Positions 15,023 through 24,254 of a stretch of DNA of 24,776 nucleotides are shown here, in pieces. Position numbers and translations under genes: made by a program. Source of the DNA: a virus. Its lineage: Duplodnaviria; Caudoviricetes. The DNA is taken from the IMG/VR virus record IMGVR_UViG_3300042894_000328, positions 1 to 24,776 of that record. One strand, 5' to 3'. The notes below the pieces were generated by a model that worked only from the letters and a program-made list of their open reading frames with translations, was not told the DNA's origin and made no database searches. Numbering within the stretch: position 1 is the stretch's first letter; each line of letters opens with the position of its first letter.

Positions 15023-15737
15023 ACCGACCAACATCACCAAGATACCGGCGTCGCGCGTCGGCGTCCTTGACCCGCGCACCGGGCTGATGACGCGCGACTG
15101 GTATAGGTTCTTCTTCAACCTGTTCACGCTGACCGGCGGCGGCAACAACCCCACCACGCTTGACCAGTTGCAGATCGGGCCGCCGGACGGCAACGCGTCG
15201 TCGATGCACATGCTTCAGCAGGAGCTGGACGGCCTCAACATGGGGCCGGCCTACACGCCGCAACTGCCGCGCCATCGCTTCGGTTCTTTCTCTGACACCA
15301 CCGACCAGACCGCAGCGGCGATCAACACCCCTTACGCGATGACGTTCAACACCACCGACATCAGCGTCGGGGTCACACGCGGCACGCCGACATCGCGCAT
15401 CTACGTCGACACCGCCAACGTCTACAACATCCAGTTTTCGGCGCAGCTCGACACCACAGTGTCGGGAAGCCATCTCACATGGATATGGCTGCGCGTGAAC
15501 GGCACCGATGTCCCGAACAGCGCCAGCCAAGTCCGCACCCAAGGCAACAACGACGCTCTCGTCGCGGCATGGAACTTTCTCGCGCAGTTGAACCAAGGCG
15601 ACTATATCGAGCTTATGTGGGCCACTGACAGCACAGGCGTGTTCCTCAACGCCGCCGCATCAGCGGCCTTCCGTCCTGCCATCCCATCGGTTATCCTGAC
15701 CGTCACCAACAATCTCAACGCCGGAGGCCCGTACTAA
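15015..15737 (+). CDS. Tail needle-position protein (gp26 slot) with putative C1q/TNF-like C-terminal knob
   Basis: Follows gp10. N-terminal DPRTGLMTRDWYRFF; C-terminal VYNIQFSAQL...WLRVNG...LNQGDYIEL resembles C1q/BclA-type strands. Confidence 0.55.
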   Translation: MAEPTNITKIPASRVGVLDPRTGLMTRDWYRFFFNLFTLTGGGNNPTTLDQLQIGPPDGNASSMHMLQQELDGLNMGPAYTPQLPRHRFGSFSDTTDQTAAAINTPYAMTFNTTDISVGVTRGTPTSRIYVDTANVYNIQFSAQLDTTVSGSHLTWIWLRVNGTDVPNSASQVRTQGNNDALVAAWNFLAQLNQGDYIELMWATDSTGVFLNAAASAAFRPAIPSVILTVTNNLNAGGPY

Positions 15738-16591
15738 TGGCTGAACTATCTCCAGCCCCCAAGGCGCAATTCTTTGACGCCAACGGCGACCCTCTGGTCG
15801 GCGGCAAGGTGTACACTTACGCAGCCGGCACCACGACGCCGCTCGCGACGTACACGGACGCCAGCGGCGTCTTCGCTAACGGCAACCCAATCATTCTCGA
15901 TGCTCGCGGCGAGGCAAACATCTGGTACAGCTCTGGCTCCGCCTACAAGGTGGTTCTGGCCGACGCATCCGATGCCGTGATCTGGACCGTCGACAACATC
16001 CTGACGACTGGCGACATGGCGTTCCAAAACGCCAATAACGTCAGCATCACCGGCGGCACCATCGGCTCGGGCGTGACCTTCAACGGCAACATCACTGGCA
16101 CCGCGTCGAACGTCACCGGCATCGTTGCTGTCGCCAATGGCGGCACCGGCGCGTCGAACGCTGCGGGCGCCCGCACCAACCTTGGTGCGGCAGCGGCAGG
16201 CGCCAACACCGACATCACGTCGCTGGAGCAGGACGTCGACGTCGTCGCGACCGGCACCATCGGCGCGACCAGCATCGGTTATCGCGGTGCGCCGCAGAAC
16301 GCCCAGACAAGCGCCTACGGGCTGGTGCTGGCCGACAACGGCAAGCATATCTCAATCACGACCGGCGGCATCACCGTCCCGTCAAACGCCTCGCAGGCGT
16401 TCCCAATCGGCGCTACCGTCGTCATCTACAACAACAGCGGCTCGTCCCAGTCCATCGCCATCACATCCGACACGATGCGGCAGGCCGGCACGACCAACAC
16501 CGGCACGCGCACGCTGGCGAACTACGGTCTGGCGACGCTGCTGAAGGTCGGCTCGACCGAATGGGTTATCAGCGGCGCGGGCCTCTCCTAA
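15737..16591 (+). CDS. Tail fibre/spike with virion-binding N-terminal domain
   Basis: FFDANGDPLVGGKVYTYAAGTTTP...NPIILDARG head-binding-like domain and a VANGGTGA...ARTNLG fibre motif. Confidence 0.75.
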   Translation: MAELSPAPKAQFFDANGDPLVGGKVYTYAAGTTTPLATYTDASGVFANGNPIILDARGEANIWYSSGSAYKVVLADASDAVIWTVDNILTTGDMAFQNANNVSITGGTIGSGVTFNGNITGTASNVTGIVAVANGGTGASNAAGARTNLGAAAAGANTDITSLEQDVDVVATGTIGATSIGYRGAPQNAQTSAYGLVLADNGKHISITTGGITVPSNASQAFPIGATVVIYNNSGSSQSIAITSDTMRQAGTTNTGTRTLANYGLATLLKVGSTEWVISGAGLS

Positions 16592-17022
16592 TGAGCGGCG
16601 CCGTCCTGACACTGATGGGCGCGGCTGGCGGCGGTGGCGGGTCTGCCGTTACCATCACCTTGTCGGCGCAGACGATTTACGGCTTGAACACCGGCACGGC
16701 TTCGGCGGCCTATCAGCTCAACTCGAACGGCACCGCCAACGAAAGCATCAACGGGGGCGCCTACTCACTGCTTGAAAACTGGTGCATCCCCAGCGCCCAA
16801 GCCGTCAACTACGAGTGCTACGCTACGCCAGTGATCGGCACTGTCGATGGCGCCAGCGCAGCGACCGGAACATGGCTGGCGTTGTCCACGACGCGCTTCT
16901 GGCGCGCGACGCAATCATCGCCCGGCGGCAATCTCGTCGTCATCAACGTCGGCATCCGGCGGGTCGGCACCACAACCATTCTGGCGTCTGCCGACATCGA
17001 ATTGTCAGCCGAATATATCTAA
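16591..17022 (+). CDS. Putative fibre-tip/adhesin protein (143 aa)
   Basis: TAATG coupling to the fibre gene, short hydrophobic N-terminus, G5 linker, beta-rich domain. Confidence 0.55.
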   Translation: MSGAVLTLMGAAGGGGGSAVTITLSAQTIYGLNTGTASAAYQLNSNGTANESINGGAYSLLENWCIPSAQAVNYECYATPVIGTVDGASAATGTWLALSTTRFWRATQSSPGGNLVVINVGIRRVGTTTILASADIELSAEYI

Positions 17023-17033
17023 AGGTTTATATC

Positions 17034-17369
17034 ATGACCGTCACCGTCCGAGTTCTCATTCCGTCGAAGATCGCCGAGGACGCGCAGTCCACGCAGTACA
17101 TCGCCACCAACGTGACGACGATCATCGACAAGTTCACGGCCACCAACTACAGCACGTCGGCGGCGTCGATCAGCGTCAACCTCGTTACGGCGGCGGACAC
17201 CGCCGGCACGCAGAACATCATCGTCAAGACGAAGACGCTCCAGCCCAACGAGACGTACACCTTTCCCGAGATCGTCGGGCATGCGCTGGCGCCCAACGGC
17301 TTCATCTCGACGCTGGCCAGCGCGCCGCTGTCGGTCAACATTCGCGCGTCGGGCCGCGAGATCACCTGA
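17034..17369 (+). CDS. Small beta-rich virion protein (111 aa)
   Basis: AAGG RBS, ATG at 17034, strong codon bias, ends SVNIRASGREIT. Confidence 0.7.
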   Translation: MTVTVRVLIPSKIAEDAQSTQYIATNVTTIIDKFTATNYSTSAASISVNLVTAADTAGTQNIIVKTKTLQPNETYTFPEIVGHALAPNGFISTLASAPLSVNIRASGREIT

Positions 17370-17788
17370 TGCTGCTGACAAGGGTCTTTGACGCGGACGC
17401 CGCTAATTGGGTGGCCAACCACCCTGACGTGCGTCCGTTCGTCGGCCCGGCAGAGCTTGGCGAACTGAACTTTGAAGAGGTCATCGCCGAGCGACAGAAC
17501 TGGTTCTTGATGGGCGAGCATGGCGGCTTCGCCTTGGCTTGGAGCGCCCCCGGCGTCTACGAGGTGCACGTCTTCATTTTGCCGGAAGGTCGCGGCAAGT
17601 GGGCGGCGCAGGCACGGCAAGAAATGGTTGATTATGCCAAAGCACACGGCGCGACAATGCTGTGGGCGCGCATTTCACCGGCGTCGCGGGTCGTGGCATA
17701 TTTTGCCCGGCGCGGGGGTATGCAGCCCACAGGCGAGATGATATACACCTTCGGGTCGCCTTACGACCTGTACAAGATGGAGTTGTAA
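17369..17788 (+). CDS. GNAT-fold / P22 gp14-position tail assembly protein (139 aa)
   Basis: TGATG coupling. YEVHVFILPEGRGKWA (GNAT motif A-like) and FARRGGMQPTG; directly precedes the ejection genes. Confidence 0.7.
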   Translation: MLLTRVFDADAANWVANHPDVRPFVGPAELGELNFEEVIAERQNWFLMGEHGGFALAWSAPGVYEVHVFILPEGRGKWAAQARQEMVDYAKAHGATMLWARISPASRVVAYFARRGGMQPTGEMIYTFGSPYDLYKMEL

Positions 17789-17790
17789 CC

Positions 17791-18597
17791 ATGCCCCCCG
17801 CAGTTATTGCAGCAGGCGTAGGTGCAGCCGCTTCGGCCGCCGGCGGCCTTATCGCACGGAGCGGCGCTAAAAAAGCGGCTCGCACGCAGGAACAGGCTGC
17901 GCAGCGCGCGGAGCAGACCCAACGCGAGATGTTCGAGCGGCAGCTAGGGCTGCAAGAGCCGTTCCGCCAAGCGGGCCTGACGGCACAGCAGGAGATCATG
18001 CGGCTGCTCGGCCTCGGCGGCGACGCCACGGCGCCCGGCTACGGCAGCATGGCCCGTTCGTTCGGCATGGAAGACTTCCAGCAAGACCCCGGCTACGCCT
18101 TCCGCCAGTCGGAAGCTATGAAGGCGCTGGAGCGGTCGGCTGCTGCGCGCGGCGGCCTGATGTCTGGTGCTACGATGAAGGGCATCCAGCGCTTCGGGCA
18201 GGACTTGGCCAGCCAAGAATATCAGAACGCTTTCAACCGCTTTCAGGCCGAGCGCGCCGCGCGGCTCAACCCGCTCCAGTCGCTGATGGGTTCGGGTCAG
18301 TCGGCGGTCAACACCATGACAGGTGCGACGGGTCAGGCCGCGCAGAACATCGGCCAGATGCAGCTTGGCGCGGGTCAGGCCCGCGCGTCCGGCTACGTCG
18401 GCAGCGCCAACGCACTGGCGAGCGCTCTCGGCAGTATCGGTCAGGCAGCGATGCAGTTTCCTGCGTACAACGCGATGGCCAATTTTTACGGGCGTAGCAC
18501 GCCGAAGACGCCGCCCCCGCCGCCGTCGTTTCCGTTGACATTGCCGGCGCAGATGCCGGGGCTACCGGGTCCGGCTATCCCCGGTCTAGGAGGCTGA
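17791..18597 (+). CDS. Ejection/DNA-transfer protein (P22 gp7-like, 268 aa)
   Basis: Hydrophobic Gly/Ala N-terminus followed by SGAKKAA. DPGYAF...ERSAAARGGLMSGAT and GQARASG motifs. Confidence 0.8.
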   Translation: MPPAVIAAGVGAAASAAGGLIARSGAKKAARTQEQAAQRAEQTQREMFERQLGLQEPFRQAGLTAQQEIMRLLGLGGDATAPGYGSMARSFGMEDFQQDPGYAFRQSEAMKALERSAAARGGLMSGATMKGIQRFGQDLASQEYQNAFNRFQAERAARLNPLQSLMGSGQSAVNTMTGATGQAAQNIGQMQLGAGQARASGYVGSANALASALGSIGQAAMQFPAYNAMANFYGRSTPKTPPPPPSFPLTLPAQMPGLPGPAIPGLGG

Positions 18598-18598
18598 T

Positions 18599-20371
18599 AT
18601 GGCTAACCAGATGATCGCGCTCGGCGTTCGCGCACCCCAAATGCCCGACCTTGGCCGCGCCACGCAGCAGTACGGCGCGATGCTAGGCGTCGCCGCGCAG
18701 CAGCGCGCTTCTCAGCGTCAGGCTGAGCAGGCCGAGCAGGCGATGGAGATCGCGCGCAACCAAGAGCAGCGCGCGGTCGCGACGCACGAGATCGAGCAGG
18801 CCGGACGTCAGATCGAGTTTTATACGAAGCTCGCGGGTCAGACGATGAACCGCGCCGGCTACGAGCAGTTTCTTGGTCGTCTGGACAGGGACGCGCCGGA
18901 AATCGCTGCGCAGTTTCGCACCAACCTGCCGCCGGAAAACTTCGACCGTAATTCGCTTCTCCAAATGGTCGGCAGCATCGCCGACAATTTTAGTAGGACT
19001 TTCGCCCCACTGAATACCGAAGTGGTGCAGGACGAGCACGGCGATTACCGAATTATCGAAAGAGGCGGTTTCAGAGGGCCGAGGTCACTCGAAATACCGG
19101 AATTCAATATAGTTAGGCCGGCGGCTGGCGCCCCGGCACCGGCGGCTGGCGCCCCGGCACCGGCGGCTACGCCTACTGCTCGCGTTCCGCGCGGTGGCGG
19201 CGATGTCACCCCGCAAGACCTAATGGACCAAAACATCCCCATGGACGCCATCCCAAGGGGCAGTCCGCTCATGCGTCCGATGTCGGCTGAAGCGGGCGCT
19301 GGCGGCGCAGCGATGACGCCGGCGTCGTTCGGCGGCGAAATGGGCGGCGTGCAACCGCTCACGATGGAAACCGCGCCGCAGATCATCCAGAACGCGGTGC
19401 AGAGCCGCATGATCGACCAGACGCACTTGCAGCAGCTTCGCGAGATGGTTGGCCCCGACAACGAGCGCAATCTGGCGTCGTGGATGCAGTCGAACCAAAT
19501 CCGTATCCAGCCGACCGGCGGTATGGCGCAGCCTTCCTTGCGCAGCGCTGAGTACCGCCCCGGCATGGACGCTGCGCCGCAGCTCCAGCGGGTGCAGGCA
19601 TCCGCTGGCCCCGAAGTCGTTTATGCTCCGACTGGCCGTACTGCTCGCGGTCGCCCGCCGCTCATTTCGCCGTCGCAGGAGCCGAGCAGCGCTGGTGCTG
19701 TGGCTGAAGCGCAGCGTGAGCCCATTCCGAGCGCCGCTACGCGAGCGGGCGCTACAACGCGCGCCGAGCGCGAGGCCGAAGCAGCCACCATCTACGAACG
19801 GACGCGGCGCGAACAGCAGGCCCAGAACGACGCCACGTTTGCAGAGACGTATTCCAGCTCGTCCACGACGGTGCGCGATGGGTTGCGCGTCCTTGACCGG
19901 CTGATCGGCGACGCAATCGTCAGCAACGGGAGAGTAGTAGTGCCCAGCGGCGGTAATCGACCGCACCCCGGCTTTGAAGGGCTGGTCGGCTTGGGTATCC
20001 CCGGCATGCGGTTTATTCCCGCTTCTTCGGAAGCCGACGCTGACGCGCTGTATCGGCAGATTAAAGGCAAGGCATTTCTTGAGGCTTTCGAGACCCTCAA
20101 GGGCGGCGGCCATATCACCGAGCGCGAAGGGCAAGTGGCGACTGACGCTATGACCCGTATAGAACGCAACATCTCCGAAGCGGAGTTCATTCAGGCTGCT
20201 AACGAGCTACGCGCCATCATGCGCAACTCGCTGGCCCGCGCTGACCGTCGCGCGCAACGGCTCGGTATTCCCGTAACGACGGGCAGCATCCCTGCGGCGC
20301 CGCGACGCACGCCGACCCGCCCACCAGCGCCGGCCCGTACGCGTAGTGGCTCAGTTGTATCTGACTGGTAG
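18599..20371 (+). CDS. Ejection protein (P22 gp20 position, 590 aa)
   Basis: Ala/Gln/Arg-rich helical protein between gp7-like and the large ejection protein. AFLEAFETLKGGGHITEREG motif. Confidence 0.65.
   Translation: MANQMIALGVRAPQMPDLGRATQQYGAMLGVAAQQRASQRQAEQAEQAMEIARNQEQRAVATHEIEQAGRQIEFYTKLAGQTMNRAGYEQFLGRLDRDAPEIAAQFRTNLPPENFDRNSLLQMVGSIADNFSRTFAPLNTEVVQDEHGDYRIIERGGFRGPRSLEIPEFNIVRPAAGAPAPAAGAPAPAATPTARVPRGGGDVTPQDLMDQNIPMDAIPRGSPLMRPMSAEAGAGGAAMTPASFGGEMGGVQPLTMETAPQIIQNAVQSRMIDQTHLQQLREMVGPDNERNLASWMQSNQIRIQPTGGMAQPSLRSAEYRPGMDAAPQLQRVQASAGPEVVYAPTGRTARGRPPLISPSQEPSSAGAVAEAQREPIPSAATRAGATTRAEREAEAATIYERTRREQQAQNDATFAETYSSSSTTVRDGLRVLDRLIGDAIVSNGRVVVPSGGNRPHPGFEGLVGLGIPGMRFIPASSEADADALYRQIKGKAFLEAFETLKGGGHITEREGQVATDAMTRIERNISEAEFIQAANELRAIMRNSLARADRRAQRLGIPVTTGSIPAAPRRTPTRPPAPARTRSGSVVSDW
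19118..19168 (+). repeat. 21-bp tandem repeat (2.4 copies) encoding a PAAGAPA linker
   Basis: CCGGCGGCTGGCGCCCCGGCA at 19118-19138 and 19139-19159, plus a partial third copy. Confidence 0.95.
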
Positions 20372-20383
20372 GAGCACCCCAAA

Positions 20384-22975
20384 ATGTCGCGCAGTGTAAC
20401 GGTCGTCTTTGGGAACGGCGAGACGCACGTCTATCAGAATGTCCCGCTGGACATCACGCCCGACCAAGTCGAAGAGCGCGCTACACGCGACTTCCCCGGC
20501 CAGCCGGTGCGCGAGATCATGGGCATCGACATCCTTTACCGGGATTTGCGCAACGCCATCGCCAGCCGCACAGCTACGATGGAAGATTTGGACCGGATTG
20601 CAGGTCAGTATGGCCGCCGCATCGACGACAAAGATCGCGGCACGTTTCAGACTTGGGTAGACTACGCGGCCAGCAACCCCGACGCACCCATACCGGAAAA
20701 CATCTTCACGCCACCGGTCAGCCGCACCGAGGCAGTAGCTACGGGCGCGACCCAAGGTGTTCAGAATGTGGCGAATTTTTTGCCACGGATTGCAGCATGG
20801 GCCGCTGATCGTTTTGGTCTGACGCCGGCCAACTCTGCTGCATGGGTGGCCGAGAACATGCTCGGCTACTCGCGCGAAGAAGCCGAGAATATTCGCCGCA
20901 ACCTGAGCCGCAGCGACATCGGCAGCTTCGGCGAAGTCGTATCGGCTGGCCGGCAGTCGCTGCGGGAACGTCCGAACGTCGTTGCCGCGCAGGCGCAGCG
21001 CCCGAACTGGTTTACTCTTGGTGAGATTGGTGGCGGAATAGCCACGACAGCTCCGTTCCTTGCTGGCCTTGGCGCCAGTGCGGTGCGGCTCGCGCCCAGT
21101 TTGACCCCTGTTTCGCCCACTCTTAGCCGCATAGTAGAGCGCGGCGGTCAAGCTGTTGTGGCGGGCGGCTTCTCGCCGACCGCCACAACGCGCGGCGGGC
21201 GCCTTGCGCAGCGCGTTTTTGGCGGCGGCACGACTGCTGCAATTCCGGCGGCAATTACTGCCGAAGAGCCGACCGCTGGCGGTATCGCAACCGAAGCTGC
21301 TATCGGCGCCGCGCTGCCGATTATCGGCACGATTGGGCGGCAGGGCGCCGGCTATGCTTACGATTTTCTGCGCGGGCGTCTCGGCGAAGTGCGCGCTGGC
21401 GAGATCATGCGCAACCTGATCGCCAACAACGCTGACGCCATCATAGCTGCGCTGCGGTCGGCGCCAGCCGACGCGCGCACCAACACCGCCGAATTTCTGG
21501 CGTCGCAAGGGCTGCTTACCCCTGAGATAGCTGCTGCGACGCGCGTTGTGCAGGGCACCGCTGAAAGCGCTCCGCTAGAGGCTGTTGCGCGGGCCCGCGC
21601 TGCTGGTCAGGAAGAGGCGCGAGCGGTGCTGCGCGGTGGCGAAACTGGCACCGAAGCCATGCAGAACATCGACGCCATGCGTCAAGCGGTGCGCGAAGAG
21701 ACCGAACCAATGCTGCGATCCGTTTATGAACGCGCTGACATTGGCCGCACTCAAATTGTTCCAGCAGAAGAGACCGCACGAAGGTTGCGCGGCGACGTCC
21801 AGCGTGAAATCGACGCCGCTACTCGCTTTGCGAATGACGCTGACTGGAATATGAGCGTGCGTCAGCGCCTAGACGACGCACGATCAGCAGAAGAAATAGC
21901 GGCCAACCTTCGCGCGCAGGGCTTGGCTCCGCTCGACATTTCAGGCGTCGTAGGCAGCCTGCGTCAACAAGCGCGCGAAGCTGCTTTTGTCAGCCCGCAG
22001 CGTGAACAGCTACTTTCGCGTTTTGCTGACGCGTTGGAAAATCGTGCGGCTATGTTCGGCGGTATCATCGACGCTGCGGGCCTGCATTTGGCCAAGCGCA
22101 ATATTGGCGAGTTTGTATCCAGCACTTTGGGGCAGGCTGACCCGTCGGCAATCGCGCGGGGTACGTCAATGCTGGCAGGTCAAGCGCAAAAGCTGATAGA
22201 TGATGCCTTTGAAGCTGCTGCGGGTCCTGAGTGGGGTCAGTACAATCGTGCATTTTCATCAGGTATGCAACGGGTCGAACAGCAAGAGTTTGCCCGTCGC
22301 TTGGCCGACCCAAAGTTTCCCGAAGCCCGTTTTGAACGAGTGATGGCCGGTAACGACCCTGACTACGTTTCCAACTTTTTTGGCCCCGGCAACTACGACA
22401 TTAACGCCGCGCTGTCCGAGGCGCAGCTTCCGGTCGCACAGCGTCTGGCTCGCGAAATCGGAGCCAGCCGCCAAGCTGCCACACGTACGTTTGGTGACAT
22501 GCCTCCGTCCATGCGCGGTGCGTTGCCGGCTGGCGCGACCCGTCGTTTCTTGGAAATGATGGAGCCCGGTCTTAGCAACAATATAATGCGCAGCCTTTTC
22601 CGCTTGGGTGGCAGCGTACCTAAGATCGGTGGGAGCGGTATTGCAGCAGAGCGGCTGGAGGCAGAGATCGCCGAAAGAACCGCTCGAAATGCCATGCGCG
22701 CGCTGGCGCCGGGTCTGGCCGAACCGTCCGAAGCGCTGCGCCTCGTCGGCGTCCGCCCGACCAACGCCATGACAGCGGGTATGTTCAACTACATGGGGCC
22801 GCAGACGCGCTCGTTCATGGCGCAGACCCTTCAGAATATGGTCAACCAGCCGTCGCAGATTTACGAGTTGCCGCCAGAGATGCTGCCGCCTGAAGACCAG
22901 TCTTTCATGGGGTTCCAGACAGGGCCGAATGGCGAGGAAATTCCGATCTACGCACCAGCAAGGGTTCAGCGGTAA
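20384..22975 (+). CDS. Large ejection protein (P22 gp16 position, 863 aa)
   Basis: AGGAG RBS. Ala/Gly-rich membrane-interacting-like segments, last virion gene before lysis. Confidence 0.65.
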   Translation: MSRSVTVVFGNGETHVYQNVPLDITPDQVEERATRDFPGQPVREIMGIDILYRDLRNAIASRTATMEDLDRIAGQYGRRIDDKDRGTFQTWVDYAASNPDAPIPENIFTPPVSRTEAVATGATQGVQNVANFLPRIAAWAADRFGLTPANSAAWVAENMLGYSREEAENIRRNLSRSDIGSFGEVVSAGRQSLRERPNVVAAQAQRPNWFTLGEIGGGIATTAPFLAGLGASAVRLAPSLTPVSPTLSRIVERGGQAVVAGGFSPTATTRGGRLAQRVFGGGTTAAIPAAITAEEPTAGGIATEAAIGAALPIIGTIGRQGAGYAYDFLRGRLGEVRAGEIMRNLIANNADAIIAALRSAPADARTNTAEFLASQGLLTPEIAAATRVVQGTAESAPLEAVARARAAGQEEARAVLRGGETGTEAMQNIDAMRQAVREETEPMLRSVYERADIGRTQIVPAEETARRLRGDVQREIDAATRFANDADWNMSVRQRLDDARSAEEIAANLRAQGLAPLDISGVVGSLRQQAREAAFVSPQREQLLSRFADALENRAAMFGGIIDAAGLHLAKRNIGEFVSSTLGQADPSAIARGTSMLAGQAQKLIDDAFEAAAGPEWGQYNRAFSSGMQRVEQQEFARRLADPKFPEARFERVMAGNDPDYVSNFFGPGNYDINAALSEAQLPVAQRLAREIGASRQAATRTFGDMPPSMRGALPAGATRRFLEMMEPGLSNNIMRSLFRLGGSVPKIGGSGIAAERLEAEIAERTARNAMRALAPGLAEPSEALRLVGVRPTNAMTAGMFNYMGPQTRSFMAQTLQNMVNQPSQIYELPPEMLPPEDQSFMGFQTGPNGEEIPIYAPARVQR

Positions 22976-23145
22976 TGGACGTATCTAAGACTGAAGCGCG
23001 GTTGGCGACGCATGAAGAAGTGTGCGCGCTGAGATACGAGAGCATCTGCGCCCGGCTGAAGCGTCTGGAAGGTATCGGGCTGACTGTGGCCGGCACCATT
23101 ATCATGATGCTGCTTGGCATCTTGATAAAGTTGCTGCCGGTATGA
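22975..23145 (+). CDS. Probable holin/XhlA-like membrane protein (56 aa), missed by the ORF track
   Basis: TAATG coupling. MDVSKTEARLATHEEVCALRYESICARLKRLE followed by a C-terminal TM helix GIGLTVAGTIIMMLLGILI. Confidence 0.75.
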   Translation: MDVSKTEARLATHEEVCALRYESICARLKRLEGIGLTVAGTIIMMLLGILIKLLPV

Positions 23146-23624
23146 CCGACCCTCGCTGGCTCCAGATAGCCCGGCGCTTCGACGGCTTGCGCGAGATCGT
23201 CGGGCCGCGCCACAACAAGACTATATTGGGGTGGCTGGAGAAGCTGCGCGCATGGTGGCGCGACGACGAGACGCCGTGGTGCGGCGTCTTCTGCGCGGCG
23301 GTGATGCAAGAGGCCGGTCTGCCCTACCCCAAGCTATATATGCGGGCGAAGGCGTGGTCAGACTACGGGTCGCTGCTGCGCCCTGACCGGCTGGCGCCGG
23401 GCGCAATCCTTGTCTTTGACCGCGCTGGTGGCGGCCACGTCGGCTTCTACGTCGGCGAGGACGCGGCCCACTATCATGTCCTTGGCGGAAACCAAGGCAA
23501 CGCCGTCAACGTGATGAAGCTGGGCAAATCTCGCCTTGTCGCCTCACGATGGCCGAAAGGGGAGCCGGTTCTCGGCAAACCCACTCGCATGTCCGGGGGC
23601 ACCGTCTCCCGGAATGAAGCATAG
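23142..23624 (+). CDS. Endolysin, TIGR02594-like (CHAP/NlpC-P60-type cysteine hydrolase, 160 aa)
   Basis: ATGA overlap. DDETPWCGVF (Cys), GGHVGFY (His) and VLGGNQ motifs. Confidence 0.85.
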   Translation: MTDPRWLQIARRFDGLREIVGPRHNKTILGWLEKLRAWWRDDETPWCGVFCAAVMQEAGLPYPKLYMRAKAWSDYGSLLRPDRLAPGAILVFDRAGGGHVGFYVGEDAAHYHVLGGNQGNAVNVMKLGKSRLVASRWPKGEPVLGKPTRMSGGTVSRNEA

Positions 23625-23634
23625 GAGATACGAC

Positions 23635-23793
23635 ATGCTCAAGGGATACCGCACCTACATCATGGCCGGTCTGGGCGTCCTGAGCGCTGCGGCCAGCTAC
23701 CTCGTCGGCGACGTAGACCTGATCACAGCGCTCAACGCAGGCTTCACCGCCGCCGCACTAGGGTTTCTTCGCGCTGGCATTCCGCGCGCGTAG
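23635..23793 (+). CDS. Small membrane protein (52 aa), holin-like or other lysis accessory
   Basis: AGGAG RBS. MLKGYRTYI plus two hydrophobic segments, ends FLRAGIPRA. Confidence 0.7.
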   Translation: MLKGYRTYIMAGLGVLSAAASYLVGDVDLITALNAGFTAAALGFLRAGIPRA

Positions 23794-24066
23794 CCAGCGC
23801 TCACCGTACCAGAGCGCTTTGCGCATATCTTGGCCCGCGTCGTCCTTATGGCCGGCGCGGGCTATATATTTCAGCATGTTGCCCCGGCAGTAGCCGGCGA
23901 ACTCTTCCGGCGACAGCTTGGCTTGGATGAAGTCAATCGTCTCGATACCGCCGACGGTGTAGTGCGGCGGCGAGTTGACGACGTCTGGGCGCGACATCTT
24001 GTCCAGCTTAGCTATGATGGCGTCCCACTCTTCGTCTTCGGCGGGGTCGGACTGATCGTCTATCAT
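23758..24066 (-). CDS. DUF3310-family protein
   Basis: VNSPPHY...IETIDFI...YCRGNMLKYIARAGHK...DMRKALWY signature. The start codon is uncertain. Confidence 0.85.
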   Translation of the reverse strand: MIDDQSDPAEDEEWDAIIAKLDKMSRPDVVNSPPHYTVGGIETIDFIQAKLSPEEFAGYCRGNMLKYIARAGHKDDAGQDMRKALWYGERWLRARNASAKKP

Positions 24067-24254
24067 TTGCGTACTGCCTCCATGATCTCGGCCCGCTCGC
24101 GGGCCGTGCGTACTGCCGAGTAGCGCTGGTGCAACCGCTGCGCCATGACCGGGCGGCGGTGCGTGCTGACCTCTTCGTCAAGCAGTTGCTTCAACTGCTC
24201 TTCCGACAAAGACCGGATGGTGGTGGCCAGCGAGTGCCAGTTAAGTTTCGCCAT
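24063..24254 (-). CDS. Small conserved-looking hypothetical protein (63 aa)
   Basis: GAGGA RBS within the helicase 3' end. LSEEQLKQLLDEE...RLHQRY...RER helical pattern. Confidence 0.7.
   Translation of the reverse strand: MAKLNWHSLATTIRSLSEEQLKQLLDEEVSTHRRPVMAQRLHQRYSAVRTARERAEIMEAVRK

Noticed and set aside
16561-23624. Extended N-termini given by the ORF track (e.g. 16782, 16847, 17662, 23022; likewise 1151, 1578, 12049, 12516)
   Set aside because: They overlap upstream genes or terminators. Downstream ATGs with an RBS or stop-start coupling fit better.
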